Shown: positions 1 through 14,139 of the stretch, in pieces | Layout: every line of letters starts with the position of its first letter | Position numbering within the stretch: position 1 is the first letter of the stretch | Source: the human T2T-CHM13v2.0 reference genome, Homo sapiens | NCBI RefSeq assembly: GCF_009914755.1 | Contig: NC_060946.1 | Direction: 5' to 3' (one strand) | DNA: 64,000 nucleotides | Program-made: the position numbers and the translations under genes | Notes under the pieces: generated by a model | What the model saw: only the letters and a program-made list of their open reading frames with translations | Told to the model about the DNA's origin: nothing | The model's database searches: none

Positions 1-1258
<1,258 letters not shown>

Positions 1259-1942
1259 ATCTTAGTCCTTTTTATGTTGCTGTAACTACATACGTGAGAC
1301 TAAGTAATTTACAAAGAAAACAAATATATTTCTTATAGTTCTGGAAGCTAGAAAGTCCAAGGTCAAGGGACTGCAGCTGGCTGGCTTCTGAGGCCCTCAT
1401 GCTCTGTTGTAACATGGAAGAAAGCATCACAGGGCAAGAGAGAGGCATGTTGAGAGCCAAACTGGCTTTTTTTTTTTTTTTTTTTTTTTAGACGGAGTTT
1501 CATTCTTGTTGCCCAGGCTGGAGTGCAATGGCACAATCTTGGCTCATTGTAACCCCCCGCCTACCGGGTTCAAGCAATTCTCCTGCCTCAGCCTCCCGAA
1601 TAGCTGGGATTACAGGCATGCGCCACCACGCCCAGCTAATTTTGTATTTTTAGTAGAGATGGGGTTTCTCCATGTTAGTCAGGCTGGTCTTGAACTCCCG
1701 ACTTCAGGTGATCCACCCGCCTCGGCCTCCCAAAGTGCTGGGATTACAGGCGTGACCCACTGCACCCGGCCCAAACTAGCTTTTATAACAGACTCACTGT
1801 TATGATAATCCATTAATCCCCTTCACAGGGGCAGAGCCCTCATGACTCAGTCACCTCTTAAAGGCCACATCTCTTAAAACTGTTACATTGGGGATTAAGT
1901 TTCAACATGAGTTTTGGAGGGGGCTAACATTGAAACCATAAC
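1259..1942 (-). mobile_element. MaLR LTR (MSTD/MLT1A-like), split by an Alu
   Basis: tcttagtcc...agtaatttacaaagaaaa...gttctggaagctagaaagtccaagg...ggggattaagtttcaacatgagttttggagggg...aaaccataaca. Confidence 0.8.
1467..1771 (-). mobile_element. AluSp/Sq
   Basis: Full antisense Alu; TSD caaactggctttt / caaactagctttt. Confidence 0.95.
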
Positions 1943-2679
1943 ACCAACCCAGAAAGAATATGCTGACACCATGAGTTTTACACTTTAGGGCTAAAGTTTT
2001 GAACTGGTAGGATGGCAGCGGGGAAGATGATGGGCTGGTGTCAGCAATTCAGCCTTTCCTACTACATACCAATAAATAGGCCTCTGTCCTGACAGCCTTA
2101 GTGTAGAGATTTAATATTATATGCCCCATAACCCCAAACTACTATATCTTTATTTTAGAACATCCACAAAATGGTTTTGCCTCCTAACTGGAGGATTTGA
2201 ATTTCAATGATAAAAGTTATAGGATAAGTATTCAATAGGAAAAATGATGGAACTAAGATTGTATTTTACGATGAATGCAGGATAGAAGACAGACTGGGAT
2301 AGGCCAATAGGCTTTAGACTGTGGTACCAGTTAGGAGGCAGCAATGAGAATGTAAGCTAATGCTGCAGAAACAGGAATATACAGAATGACTGGATATATA
2401 GCTTACATTGGATCAAATCAAAGACGCCTTTCATTTAGGCATTGGGGATACATAAAATAATGCATTATTAAAAATCTGCTGCCAATTATTGATAAAATGC
2501 AAAAACAAAAAAAGGGATGTCCATAGCAAAACTGAAATTGTATCCTAGAACTTACCTTCTTATAATACCTAAAGAAATAAGCAGAAGAAAAAATGTAAAA
2601 ATTCACCAAAAAAAAAAAAAAAAAAAAAAAGACAGCATAAATTGAAGCAAAAAGAAACTGACTATGAGTAGACAGAAAG

Positions 2680-4065
2680 TTTTGCTTCCAATTTTGGTGG
2701 ATTAGCTCATACAACCCTCCCAGCAGATAACATTTAAAACTCTGGGCAAAATATAAACAGAAAACTATCTGGAGGCCCTGGGGAGCAACTGAAAGCAGAT
2801 ACAAACTGAAGCTGGCACTTGGAAAAATGAAATCTTACTCAGTGAATTTCTTGTGATTTGGCTTTTTGCCTGAGGGCAGGCCCCAGCTGGAATCATGCTA
2901 AGTGGCTAGAATTTGGATATAAATTCAGGCTCTTACCAGCTTTAGGAATTGGAAAACAGAGTTCAGGCCTCCCACAGTGGCCAGAAGGCAAGGAAGGAAA
3001 ACCCAAAAGGAAGAGAGGCATAAAGGGGGATCTCCAACATCTGTGAATAAACTTTGCCCAAATCTCTGGCCAACTCCTGAACTATAGATGTGCAGAGAAG
3101 ACACCAAGCTGCCCCTCTAGGGAGAAAATAATGAAACAAAGATGTCCCACCGCTGGGAGGACAAAGTTTAGAGTCTGAATACAGCCAAGTAAACTGGCTG
3201 CTAAAACAAACAAAATAACAATTCTTCAGAACATAACAGAATGCATAGTTTCTATAATGCAAAATTATAGACATTTACTATATCCAGAATAAATTGCAAA
3301 ATTATGAGACAGAAAAAACCTCAGGAAACTGTGATTCACATTCAAGAAGAAAGGTAATCAATAAAGACCAAACCCTTACTTCTTATGGTATAATGTTGAA
3401 AAAAAAGTTTTAAAACCCAAACCCTGAGATGACCTAGTTGTTGGAATTAACAGATAAAAAAGTTTAAAGCAGCCAAGTGCAGTGGCTCACGCCTGTAATC
3501 CCAGAATTGGGGAGGCTGAGTGAGGCAAGAGGATCACTTGATGCTAGGAGTTTGAGACTAGGCTGGGCATGACAGTGAGATGCCATCTCCACAAAAAATA
3601 ATTTTAAAAATTAGCCAGGCATAGTGGCATGCCTGTGGTCCTAGCTGGTCATGAGGCTGCTGTGGGAAGGTTACTTGAGCCCAGGGGTTTGAGGCTGCAG
3701 TGAGCTATGATTGCACCACTGCATTCCTGCCTGGGCAACACAGCAAGACCCTGTCTCAAAAAGAAAAAAAAATTTTTAAGCATTTAAAAATTCTTAAAAT
3801 TGTAAAATAACAGTGTTTGAGAATGTAAAAGAAAATATATTTCTGTTGAGTGAACAGACAGGAAATCTCAGTGGAACAACAGGAGCGTAGCAATGTATTA
3901 TGTGTTTATGGTGTATGTAAAAGTACAATGCAGGGCAGCAATATAACAAAGGATAGGAGAGAAGAATTGGAAAAACACTGTAGTAAGGTCCATACACTGC
4001 ACATGAATTACTATAATATTACTTAGAGGTAGGTTCTGATTAATCAAAGATGTATATTAGAAACC
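2680..4065 (+). mobile_element. Ancient L1M fragments (5'/ORF1 region), split by AluJ
   Basis: A-rich L1M-type motifs (ccctgagatgacctagttgttggaattaacagataaaaa; gaacagacaggaaatctcag). Confidence 0.55.
3471..3772 (+). mobile_element. AluJ
   Basis: Diverged dimer with AluJ diagnostics (gcagtgagctatgatt, acagcaagaccctgtctc). Confidence 0.93.
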
Positions 4066-4218
4066 TTATTTATTAGTCTGCTTTGCATTGCTATCAAGGA
4101 ATACCTGAGACTAGATAATTTATAAAGAAAAGAGGCTCATTTGGCTTATGGTTCTGCAGGCTGTACAAGCATGGCTCGTACATCCTTGAAGCTCGAGCAT
4201 CTGCTCGGCTTCAAGAAG

Positions 4219-5349
4219 TTTTTTTTTTTTCTTTTTAAATTATACTTTAAGTTCTAGGATACATGTGCAGAACATGCAGGTCTGTTATATAGGTATACAT
4301 GTGCCATGGTGGTTTGCTGCACCCATCAACCCATCATCTAGGTTTTAAGCCCCACATGCATTAGGTATTTCTTCTAATGTTATCCCTCCCCTTTGCCCCC
4401 ACCCCATGACAGGCCCCAGTGTGTGATGTTCCCCTCCCTATGTCCATGTGTTCTCATTGTTCAACTCTCACAATGAGTGAGAACATGCGGTGTTTGGTTT
4501 TCTGTTCCTGTGTTAGTTTGCTGAGAATAACGGTTTCCAACTTCATCCATGTACCAGCAAATGACATGAATTCATTCTTTTTTATGGCTGCATAGTACTC
4601 CTGGTGTATATCTGCCACATTTTCTTTATCCAGTCTATCATTTATGGGCATTTGGGTTAGTTCCAAGTCTTTGCTCTTACAAATAGTGCTGCAATAAACA
4701 TACATGTGCATGTGTCTTTATAGTAGAATGATTTATAATCTTTTGGGTATATACCCATTAATGGGATTGCTGGGTCAAATGGTATTTCTGGTTTTAGATC
4801 CTTGAGAAATTGCCACACTGTCTTCCACAATAGTTGAACTAACTTACACTCCCACCAACAGGGTAGAAGTGTTCCTATTTCTCCTCATCCTCTCCAGCAT
4901 CTGTTGTTTCCTGACTTTTTAATGATCACCATTCTAACTGGCATGAGATGGTATCTCAGTGTGGTTTTGATTTGCATTTCTCTAATGACCAGAGATGTTG
5001 AGCTTTTTTTCATATGTTTGTTGGCTGCATAAATGTCTTCTTTTGAGAAGTGTCTGTTCATATCCTTCACCCACTTTTTGATGGGGTTGTTTTCTTCTTG
5101 TAAATTTGTTTAAGTTCCTTATAGATTCTGGATATTAGACCTCTGTCAGATGGATAGATTGCAAAATTGTCCTCCCATTCTGTAGGTTGCCTGTTTACTC
5201 TGATCATAGTTTGTTTTGCTGCACAGAAGCTCTTTAGTTTAATTAGATCGCATTTGTCAATTTTGGCTTTCACTGCAATTGCATTTGGTGTTTTAGTCAT
5301 GAAGTCTTTGCCCACGCCTATGTCCTGAATGGTATTGCCTAGGTTTTCT
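4219..5349 (-). mobile_element. 5'-truncated L1PA7/8-like LINE-1 (3'UTR plus ORF2 end)
   Basis: Poly-T, L1 3'UTR and ORF2 remnants ([51 protein letters not shown]); TSD ttcaagaag on both sides. Confidence 0.95.
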
Positions 5350-5589
5350 TTCAAGAAGCTTTTTACTGGTGGTGGAAGGTGAACAGGGAGCAAGTGCATC
5401 AAGTGGCAAGAGAGGGAGCAAGGCAGAGGAGGAGGTGCCTGTCTCCTTTAAATACCAGCTCTTGTGTGAACTAACAGAGCAAGAACTCACTCATTACCAT
5501 GGGGAGGGCACCAAGCTATTTATGAGGAATCTACCCCAATGACACAAATACCTCCCACTAGGTCCAACCTCCAACACTGGGGATCACAT

Positions 5590-5726
5590 TTCTTTCTTTT
5601 TTTAAATAGAGACAGGGTCTTGCTAATGTTGCCTAGGCTGGTCCTTGGACTCCTGGCCTCAAGTGATCCTCCTGCCTCAGCCTCCCAAAGTGCTGGGATT
5701 ACAGGCGTGAGCCACCATGCCTGGCC
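5590..5726 (-). mobile_element. Alu monomer (FLAM/AluJ left arm)
   Basis: Single antisense arm; TSD ggggatcacatttc / ggggattacatttc. Confidence 0.88.
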
Positions 5727-6206
5727 TGGGGATTACATTTCAACATGAGATTTGGAAGAGACAAATATCCAAACCATATCACCCTAGAACAAGCACCAAA
5801 AAATTTAATAATAAATAAAAAGTCAATAGAAGAAGTAAAATGGAATAGAAAATACTCAGTTTATCCAAATTTCATGAAAGTACGCAAACTCTCCAGGAGT
5901 GGATAGTGAAGGAAGGAGAGGAACATAATGAACACAAGGCAGAGATCCCACCTTGGAAGAAAACGTAACTTCAGATACAAAATTACTTTACAGAATCTCT
6001 CTATAAGAACGTGAACTCAGTAAAAGGAGAGTTGAATGGCAAGATGATAAACCAACAAAATAAGATGGAAAATAATATTGTAGACCTAAAGAAACAACAT
6101 TAGAGATCTAGTAAGTAAATTAGAAACAGCAAAGAATAGGATAGACCTTGGTGAAAATCAAATTACAGGTATAGATAAAAGATCTAAGACAATCACTGTG
6201 AATATG

Positions 6207-6531
6207 TGCTGGTCATGGCGGCATACGCCTGTAATCCCAGCTCTTTGGGACTGTGTATAGGCAGGAGGATCACTTAAGCCCAGGAGTTCGAGATTAGCCT
6301 GGCAACATAGTGAGACCCTGTCTCTAGAATTTTTTTTTTTAAAGTTAGCCAGGCATGGTGGTGCATGCCTGTGGTCCCAGTTACTTGGGAGGCTGAGGTT
6401 GGAGGATTGCTTGTGCCCAAAGTGCTGGAATTGCTCAGGAGGTTGAGGCTGCAGTGAGCTATGATCGTGTCACTGCACTCAAGCCTGGGCAACAGAGCAA
6501 GCGAGACCTTGTAGAAATAAGAAAGAAAAAA
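6207..6531 (+). mobile_element. AluJ whose tail runs into a GA-rich tract
   Basis: Diverged Alu dimer. Confidence 0.9.
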
Positions 6532-7171
6532 GAGAGGAGAGGAGAGGAAAAGGAGGGCAGGAGGGAAGGATGGAAGGAGGGAAGGAGGAAAGGATGGAGG
6601 GAGAGAGGGAGGGAAGGAGGGGAGGGAGGGAAGGGATGGAGGGAGGGAAGGAGGGAAGGGATGGAGGGAGGGAAGGAGGGAAGGGAGGGAGGGAGGGGAG
6701 GAGGGAAAGGAGGGACGGGAGGGAGGGAGGGAAGGGATGGAGGGAGGGGAGGAGGGAAGGGAGGGGAGGAGGGAAGGAGGGGAGGGAGGGAGGGAGGGGA
6801 GGAGGGAAGGAGGGGAAGGAGGGAAGGGAGGGAGGGGAGGGAGGGGAGGGAGGGAAGGGAGGGAAGGGAGGGAGGGAAGGGAGGGAAGGGAAGGAGGGAG
6901 GGGAGGAGGGAAGGGAGGGAAGGTAGGGAAGGAGGGAAGGAAGAGGAAGGAGGGAAGGAGGGAAGGGAGGGAGGGAAGGAGGGAAAGGAGGAAAGGAGGA
7001 AAGGAGGGAAGGAGGGAAGGAGGGAAGGGAGGGAGGGAGGGAGGGAGGGAAGGAGGGAAGGGAGGGAAGGAGGGAAGGGAGGGAAGGAGGGAAGGGAGGG
7101 AAGGAGGGAAGGAGGGAAGGAAGGGAGGGAGGGAGGGAGGGAAGGAGGGAAGGGAGCGAGGGAGGGAGGGA
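6511..7171 (+). repeat. ~660-bp (GGGA/GGAA)n polypurine tract
   Basis: Almost pure A/G on the + strand. Confidence 0.97.
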
Positions 7172-8576
7172 TGGAGTTCTAGGATAAATGCCTCTTAGGC
7201 AATCAGCCAGAGAAAACAAATCATCCATAAGAGAAAAAATGAAGCAGGCCTCAGACTTTTCCACAATCAGACTAAGTACCAGAGGGCAATGGAGCAAAGT
7301 CTACGACATATTGAAGGGGGAGATGTGACCTGTGGACATTATATCCAAGATATAGAGGCAGGGTGTATTCCTCATTTTCTTGAGTTTCGTTTAAATTTCT
7401 ATTCTTCTGATACACTCAGGTAAAAGTACATTCTTACAGAGAACAGCATCTATATAAACCCATTTTTACAAATGTATTTCTTTCTGCCTAACTCTTCTTT
7501 CCATATATGTGCCACGGAGAGATGCCAAGAACCCTGTGGACAGTGGTTATTTCTGGGTAGTGGGCTTGGTTCGATTGTTTACTTCCATCTCTTCCTTGTC
7601 GCACTGGCACCTGCCTCACGTGGTCGTGGGGAATATGAAGAGGCGACGCAGGAACACGCTTTGCACAGCTCCTGGCACAGGAGGCTTCGAAAACTAGAGC
7701 ACTGGAGTCTGCTCTAAGCAAGCTTGGTTAGTGGAACCAGGCTAAAACCTGAGAATCTGCCATTTTTCAGCTTGCTAGTGAGAGGGATCTGAGAATCATA
7801 GAACATGGTCCCTGAATATTTGCTGCTGAAACCACACAGAGACAACCCATTTTGAGCGAGTCATTCAGGGGCAGTCACTCCTAAAGCACTAGACCACTGA
7901 GGGGAAATCTTATTTAAGGTGAGGAAAATGACCAAAGGCTGGGAAGGGAGAGGATCCAATTGCATGAGCCAGACATTCATCCTTAAAGAACTGGACCCTG
8001 ACTCTCTCCAAAGCTACCCAGCAGGCCGACAACCCTGGGCGTCGTATGGAGGAGGCTGGAGTAAAGACTGTTCGCACGAGGAAACACGTTCTGTCTCAAG
8101 GTTATGTCTAATGACCTGGCTTTGCTTGTCTAACATAACTGCAAATTACTCAGCTATTTGCCCTTTTCTGTTAAGATTTTTCCCATCATTAAAGAAAAAA
8201 AGTTGAAAATACAGAAGCAACAGAAAGAACAAAATCACAGCCAGGGGCATCTCACTTAAGGACAACCTGAGTATTTTGGAATATTTTCCAATCCGCTACA
8301 GATATTCCACACACATCTTCTGTGTTATTATTAACTCTTCATGGATATCCTTGTTCCTGGCTGTAGATTTTACCACATGGCTATATTGTGACTCATTTAG
8401 CCTTTTCCTATTCTTAGGCATTGACGTTATTCTTATAAATAATGATACCATGGCTAGCTTTGTAGATAATATATTTCCTATATTTGAAAGTATTTCCTCA
8501 GGAATGATCCAAAGAACAGGAATTACCATGCCAAAAGATATTGAAATCTTTAGCTATATACTTTAAAAATACTTAC

Positions 8577-8689
8577 CTTGATTTCCCATACAATATCTAA
8601 GGTTCAAGTCGTTATTTATGCTGAGATTCTTCAAAAACACGTTGTAATCTACTGCAGTATCCTTGTGGATGTTGTAGTGTTTCGAAAAC
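8577..8689 (-). CDS. EFCAB6: EFCAB6 coding exon (113 nt); the gene continues beyond the left edge of the window
   Basis: tgtattttag|GTTTTCG; (K)FSKHYNIHKDTAVDYNVFLKNLSINNDLNLRYCMGNQ; donor CAAG|gtaagt. Cumulative 757 nt. Confidence 0.96.
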
Positions 8690-9343
8690 CTAAAATACAA
8701 ATGTTCTTTAGTAATGAGAAATTATGAATCTAAAATGAAGCAAGTTTGTTACTAAGGTATCCTTTACACTCGGGCTGGCATTAATTTTAATGTCTGTTTC
8801 TAGCTACAGAGGGAATTAAAAAGTAAACCCCAGAAAATGTTACTGTCAGATTTTTTTTTTAATGCAGCTACTTCGAGATCACTTCTCCAACCTACAGATG
8901 GATGCATAGAAATTAGAGTGAGACAGAAATGTTGCTGGACCTGTTGAAGAATACCCCAACCTAGACAGCACCTAAGGAGTTTCTCCCGGCTCTGGCAGAA
9001 GGGGAGCTGGGGCTCTGTCTGCACGGCAGCTGCCTCTCCACTCCGACAGCAGAAGCAGGTCCCATTTGCCTTTAATAATTGTAGGGAAATGAGTCAGCCA
9101 GCACAAAATTTCCATAAGCAGGGAAATGGAGAGCTGGGTGGAGGAGCCAGCAGAGATGATCTCGACTGAGCATATCCTTTCTCTAGAGAGAAACTGAGGC
9201 CCACAGATGGCATATGGTTTCAAAACAGGGGATGGGTGGAGGAGGCAAAGTTTCTCTTGAAGCATTTCGTGATTTTTATATGTAACATACAAGGCTTTTT
9301 AAAACAGCGAACCACTGTCTATTCCTGAAACATACTGAAATAC

Positions 9344-9644
9344 TTTTTTTTTTTTTTTTTTTTTAGGCAGAATCTCGCTCTGTTGCCCAGGCTAGAGTGT
9401 GGTGCTGCAATCTCAGCTCACTGCAACCTCCACCTCCCAGTTCAAGCGATTCTCGTGCCTCAGCCTACCGAGTAGCTGGGATTACAGCCATACACCACCA
9501 CGCCTGGCTAATTTTTGTATTTTTAGTAGACACGGGGTTTTTCCATGTTGGCCAGGCTGGTCTCGAACTCCTGGCCTCAAGTGATCTGCTCACCTCAGCT
9601 TCCTAAAGTGCTGGAATTACAGGCATGAGCCACTGTGCCCAGCC
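9344..9644 (-). mobile_element. AluS
   Basis: Full antisense Alu with poly-T. Confidence 0.95.
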
Positions 9645-10497
9645 GAGATAACCTTTTTTTAAAGTTAAGATAAATAAGATGTTTGAATTTTTAAAATAAA
9701 TTTTCTATTATTCAAGCCTTCCACCTGATAAATGGTTTTCTAGATCATTTCTGTGTTATCACATTTCTAAAAATTGATGGTTTTTAAATGTTTGGTTATA
9801 TTATCTCCATATGTGTTGATTTCTATAATTATCTAATCTCATACTGCTTTCTAAAAATTTGGTAATTATCACTTAAAGTATTTATTTTTCTGTTTTCCAA
9901 ATTTAACAAAGAGTAATGCCATGTAGTTATTTCAATGCATACCTTTTTTTCCACTTTGATGACTCTTGCCTATTGTTTTAATAAGATAAATGATCTCTAG
10001 GTGTGATCGCTGCCAGATGTTAACAGTGAAACTCCCTAAAGAGCTTCATCTTTCATCTACGGTCTCTGTCTTGTGAAAATGAGGTGGTAAGTTTGAGAAA
10101 CCAGAAGGCCCAATTGAGGGGAGAAGGGTATGACTCCAATCAGCTCATAAACCTCTCCAGCGTCACCACCTGGAACTGGGTTTCATTCATCTGCTCAGGC
10201 AACAGGCTGAACTGTAGTGATTTGTTTGCTGGTTTTACAAGGCTGCTCATAAATGATTTCACCTATATCAAACACACTGGCCTCCAGGGCAGTGGAGAGT
10301 AGGCTGGAGGGAGATGGGAAACACAACACTCAATGGGTTTTGAGATGTCCTGATTAAGTATGGGGCTTGGTGGTAATTGTATCTCTGGCCTCTTGTTTTA
10401 TGTAGGTTGGAGAGTAGTCTGCTGCCTAAATGGAACAGGTCATCAGAGGGTAAAGGGCATTCACGGAGTCTTTATGATGATGAGATGGTCACTGTGA

Positions 10498-10884
<387 letters not shown>

Positions 10885-12176
10885 AGTCCCCATTTCTTTA
10901 AGAGAAAACTGAGTCTTGACAAGGCCCAGGAGCTACTCTGAGGCCCTAGAACCAGGGAGGAGAGAGCACAGACTTCACCTCCAGCAGCCTGACTTCAAAG
11001 CCTGGGCCATTTCTACCACACCAAGAGCCGAATGTTGATATTAAATAGAAAGCTGTTAGATAAAAGAGAGGATTCAAAAATGCATTGTTTCTTGCTCAAA
11101 AATAAAAAAGACAAAGTTAATACTGAAGCAGCTTCTCCAGGAAAGAGTATATTCTTGAGCTTCAATAAGAAAAGCATTAAAGCAATTGAAGAAATGGTCT
11201 ACTTTTGATCTTCTGTGTTTCTGAGTCTAAAAGAAAGCAATTCTATTATGTTCATTTTCTCAAGCCTTATCATGAAAATAGCATTGTTTTTGAGGCTTAA
11301 AAAATCTCAAATAAAAATTTGTGGAGTTATTATTCAATACTTATGAGATGGGGAAACAGACAGTAACATTTTTTATAGATTTACTAGGTTGGAGACTGCA
11401 GTGCCAAACACAAGGTTTATTGTCAAATAAAACACTGTTTTGTTTTTTGATTGCCTGTTTTAGAAGAGTGCTGCCTCTGTTCTATAATTGCGTGCACAAA
11501 ATTATTTAATTTGTTTTGTTTGGATCTTATTCTGGACACTTTCCCAGCCGGAAAAGATGTAAAAATTAAAACATCTATTATGTGTTTTATATTCTGAGGT
11601 GGGTTATAAAGAGAAAAAAAAAAGAAAAACATACTCAAAAGAGAAACAGATGCTATTTTTTCAAGTCTGCCTGCTTTTCAGGCCCTGCAGCATCAGTGAC
11701 ATGTCACATGCCCTCTAGACTTCCTTGCCTCAGGGGCAAATTCTTCCACTCTGCTTCTAGCAGCAGCCACATTGTCTTTATGAGATACAAGGAGCTACCG
11801 GGACCCATTTTCATAGCAACTTAGAACACCAGTGCAATGCGAAAAGCTTGGGCTCCGGGTGAAATGAGGCTTGGTGCTTTTGTTAATGGTCTGGAGCGTA
11901 TTTAGAAAAGTGTTTGGGAAAAGGCACGAAGAGGGAATGGACCTCTCGGCTGGGTACTGTAGAAATTAAGCTAGACACGGGCCCATCTTCCAGTGGCTTT
12001 CACTCAAAACTCATGTAGTCACAGAAGCCAAACATTTGGCTTCTTCTAAATGATGTGGAGTTTATAGGAGGCTCAAAAAAATGCCCGTGCAGGCTTCTGT
12101 GTGCTGCCCTTGGAGTCAGGAGCAGGTGGTGGTGGCGTTCAAACACCATGAGGCAGCTAAATGTTCTGCTGTTCGT

Positions 12177-12237
12177 CACCCTCCTGCCGCACACCCCACC
12201 CTCCTGCCGCACACCCCACCCTCCTGCCGCACACCCC
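12177..12237. repeat. 20-bp tandem repeat x3
   Basis: (caccctcctgccgcacaccc)3, perfect copies. Confidence 0.95.
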
Positions 12238-12734
12238 TCCACCTCAGCAACAACGGTCCTCAAAGGAAAATTAAGTCTCCATTATTGTATCAGGATGCAG
12301 AGCCAACGGGGAGCACAGCAACAACACGTGAATCCTGAAATTTGTCATTCTTCTCCTAACCCCAGGCTTTGAGTAAAAATCAACAGTGAACTAGAAATAT
12401 GTGGGATGGGGGGGCGGGCACAGTGCCAAGTGGGGAAAGAGACAATTGGTGATGGATTACTCCAATAACCTGGATGTGTTCAGAGCTGCGGGCCAGAGGA
12501 CGGACCCCAAGGGTGCTTAAGGAATGAGAACCATTAGCTCTCATTTTTGAGAATGCATGGGGAGCTTTAGGAACATGAGAGAATGTCCAGTGAGTGCCTC
12601 TTTGAGAAATAAGGTGTGTGTGTGTGGCAGGGGGAGGTGAGAGATGGATGGAGCCAATGAACCCAACAGGTCTCATTCTGAAATTGGTTAAAAGTTCTAC
12701 TGAGCAATCTCTCACCGTGCCTTCATTTGCTTAC

Positions 12735-12871
12735 TTTTCGTATTCCTCGTCTCTTAACTTCATACAGAAGGTCTCCAGAACCCCTCTTAGCTCCTGCGGT
12801 CGAACCAGTCCAGTCTTGTTAACATCAATGAGCTCAAAGGCTTTCATAACAGTCTTAATGTTTTTGAAAAC
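12735..12871 (-). CDS. EFCAB6: EFCAB6 coding exon (137 nt), EF-hand loop DVNKTGLVRPQE
   Basis: tgtacatag|GTTTTC; VFKNIKTVMKAFELIDVNKTGLVRPQELRRVLETFCMKLRDEEYE(K); donor AA|gtaagc. Cumulative 644 nt, phase 2. Confidence 0.96.
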
Positions 12872-13361
12872 CTATGTACAAAAAGTGATTTAGGAAAAGT
12901 CAAAAGATCTAGTGTTAGGAACCAAATGGTAATAAAAATGTGAAAGTTTTTTTTAATACTTTTTATAAAATAAAATGTTTTCAAAGACTCACAGTGGTAG
13001 GCATGGCAAAAATGACATGTCTACGGAAAAAGAACACTTTGCATTTATTGAATGTTTTCAAGGCAATTTTCTCTGTAAATGGTCTTAGTAATTTAAAAAA
13101 AATCTCTTTCTGATGTAAAGCAGTAAGTCTCATACACAATTCATTCCCTTCTAGGGCCATATGAAAAAATCTTTTTTGTTAATTGATACTTAAAAACTAC
13201 AGTTCTGGCATGGCTGGACTTGTACAATTTTTATTTTTCACAGCCATATGCAAACTATTTTTAATAGGAGCTGGAAAATATGACTGTATATTTCAACCCC
13301 TCTAAATTTTTTAAAGATATCACAGGAAAGTTTTGTAGCGACTTCTCCAAATTCAGCAAAT

Positions 13362-13568
13362 GATATTTATTGGGTGCACAGACACACATGACATTAGGAT
13401 AGGCCCTGTGGATCTGCAGGGAGCACCCAGGATATTTATTGGGCTCACAGACGCACACAACATTAGGATAGGCCCTGTGGATCTGCAGGGAGCACCCAGT
13501 ATATTTATTGGGCTCACAGACGCACACAATGTTAGGATAGACCCTGTGGATCCACAGGGAGCACCCAG
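13362..13568. repeat. 69-bp minisatellite x3
   Basis: Units start at 13362, 13431 and 13500: gatatttattgggctcacagacgcacacaacattaggataggccctgtggatctgcagggagcacccag. Confidence 0.95.
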
Positions 13569-14139
13569 TTGTGCTCTTGGCCTTAAACTACTCAAAGAAA
13601 AGAAACACAGAGCTGTGTGATGGAAGCCTTTCAACCCCTCTGAAGGAGGTACCATTTCCCCAGTGTTAGATACGGAAACTGACTGCTCCCTGCTCACACT
13701 CCACACCTTGTTATTACGAAGGACTGCTGACTCTGCACAATCCAGCCCCACGCTGCAGCCGCCCACCCCCCATCTTTCCAGTTCACTCCCTTGGGCGCCC
13801 AAAGCTCACAGCCTTGACCCACTGGGCCCTCCCCTGAGCTCCGGCCTCCCTCCACACTCCTCCATGCCTCTCAGCCTCACTTCCTTCCTAACCCTCCCAT
13901 CAACACCTTCGCTGCTTGGCATATATGCTTGACTCCCTCCTCCCCTCTGCCCTCTCCTACTCTCTTGGTGAGACCCTAACCTGGGGTAAACCCAACTCAC
14001 CGCCTCTTCCAAACCTGTCCAAATGGCCTGACGTGGCTGAAGAGAATGGGCGCACCTCCCTGGCTCTCCTAACTTGAGACCATTAACTCCAGCAGGACGG
14101 GTGCTGCGTGGTAATCCCTCTTTACTGACATGGTCCACC

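Larger units (their letters stand above)
4070..5781 (-). mobile_element. MSTB-like LTR broken by an L1PA and an Alu monomer
   Basis: tattagtctgctttgcattgctatcaaggaatacctgagact... resumes after the L1 and ends atttcaacatgagatttggaagagacaaatatccaaaccatatca. Confidence 0.85.

Noticed and set aside
4454-5402. ORFs resembling LINE-1 ORF2
   Set aside because: Frameshifted fragments of a truncated L1PA, not a gene.
6454-7297. 242-272 aa G/R/E-rich and P/S/L-rich ORFs
   Set aside because: Translations of the GGGA/GGAA tract.
13362-13568. CRISPR-like appearance of the 69-bp and 79-bp arrays
   Set aside because: Head-to-tail units with no unique spacers, in a primate intron; these are minisatellites.
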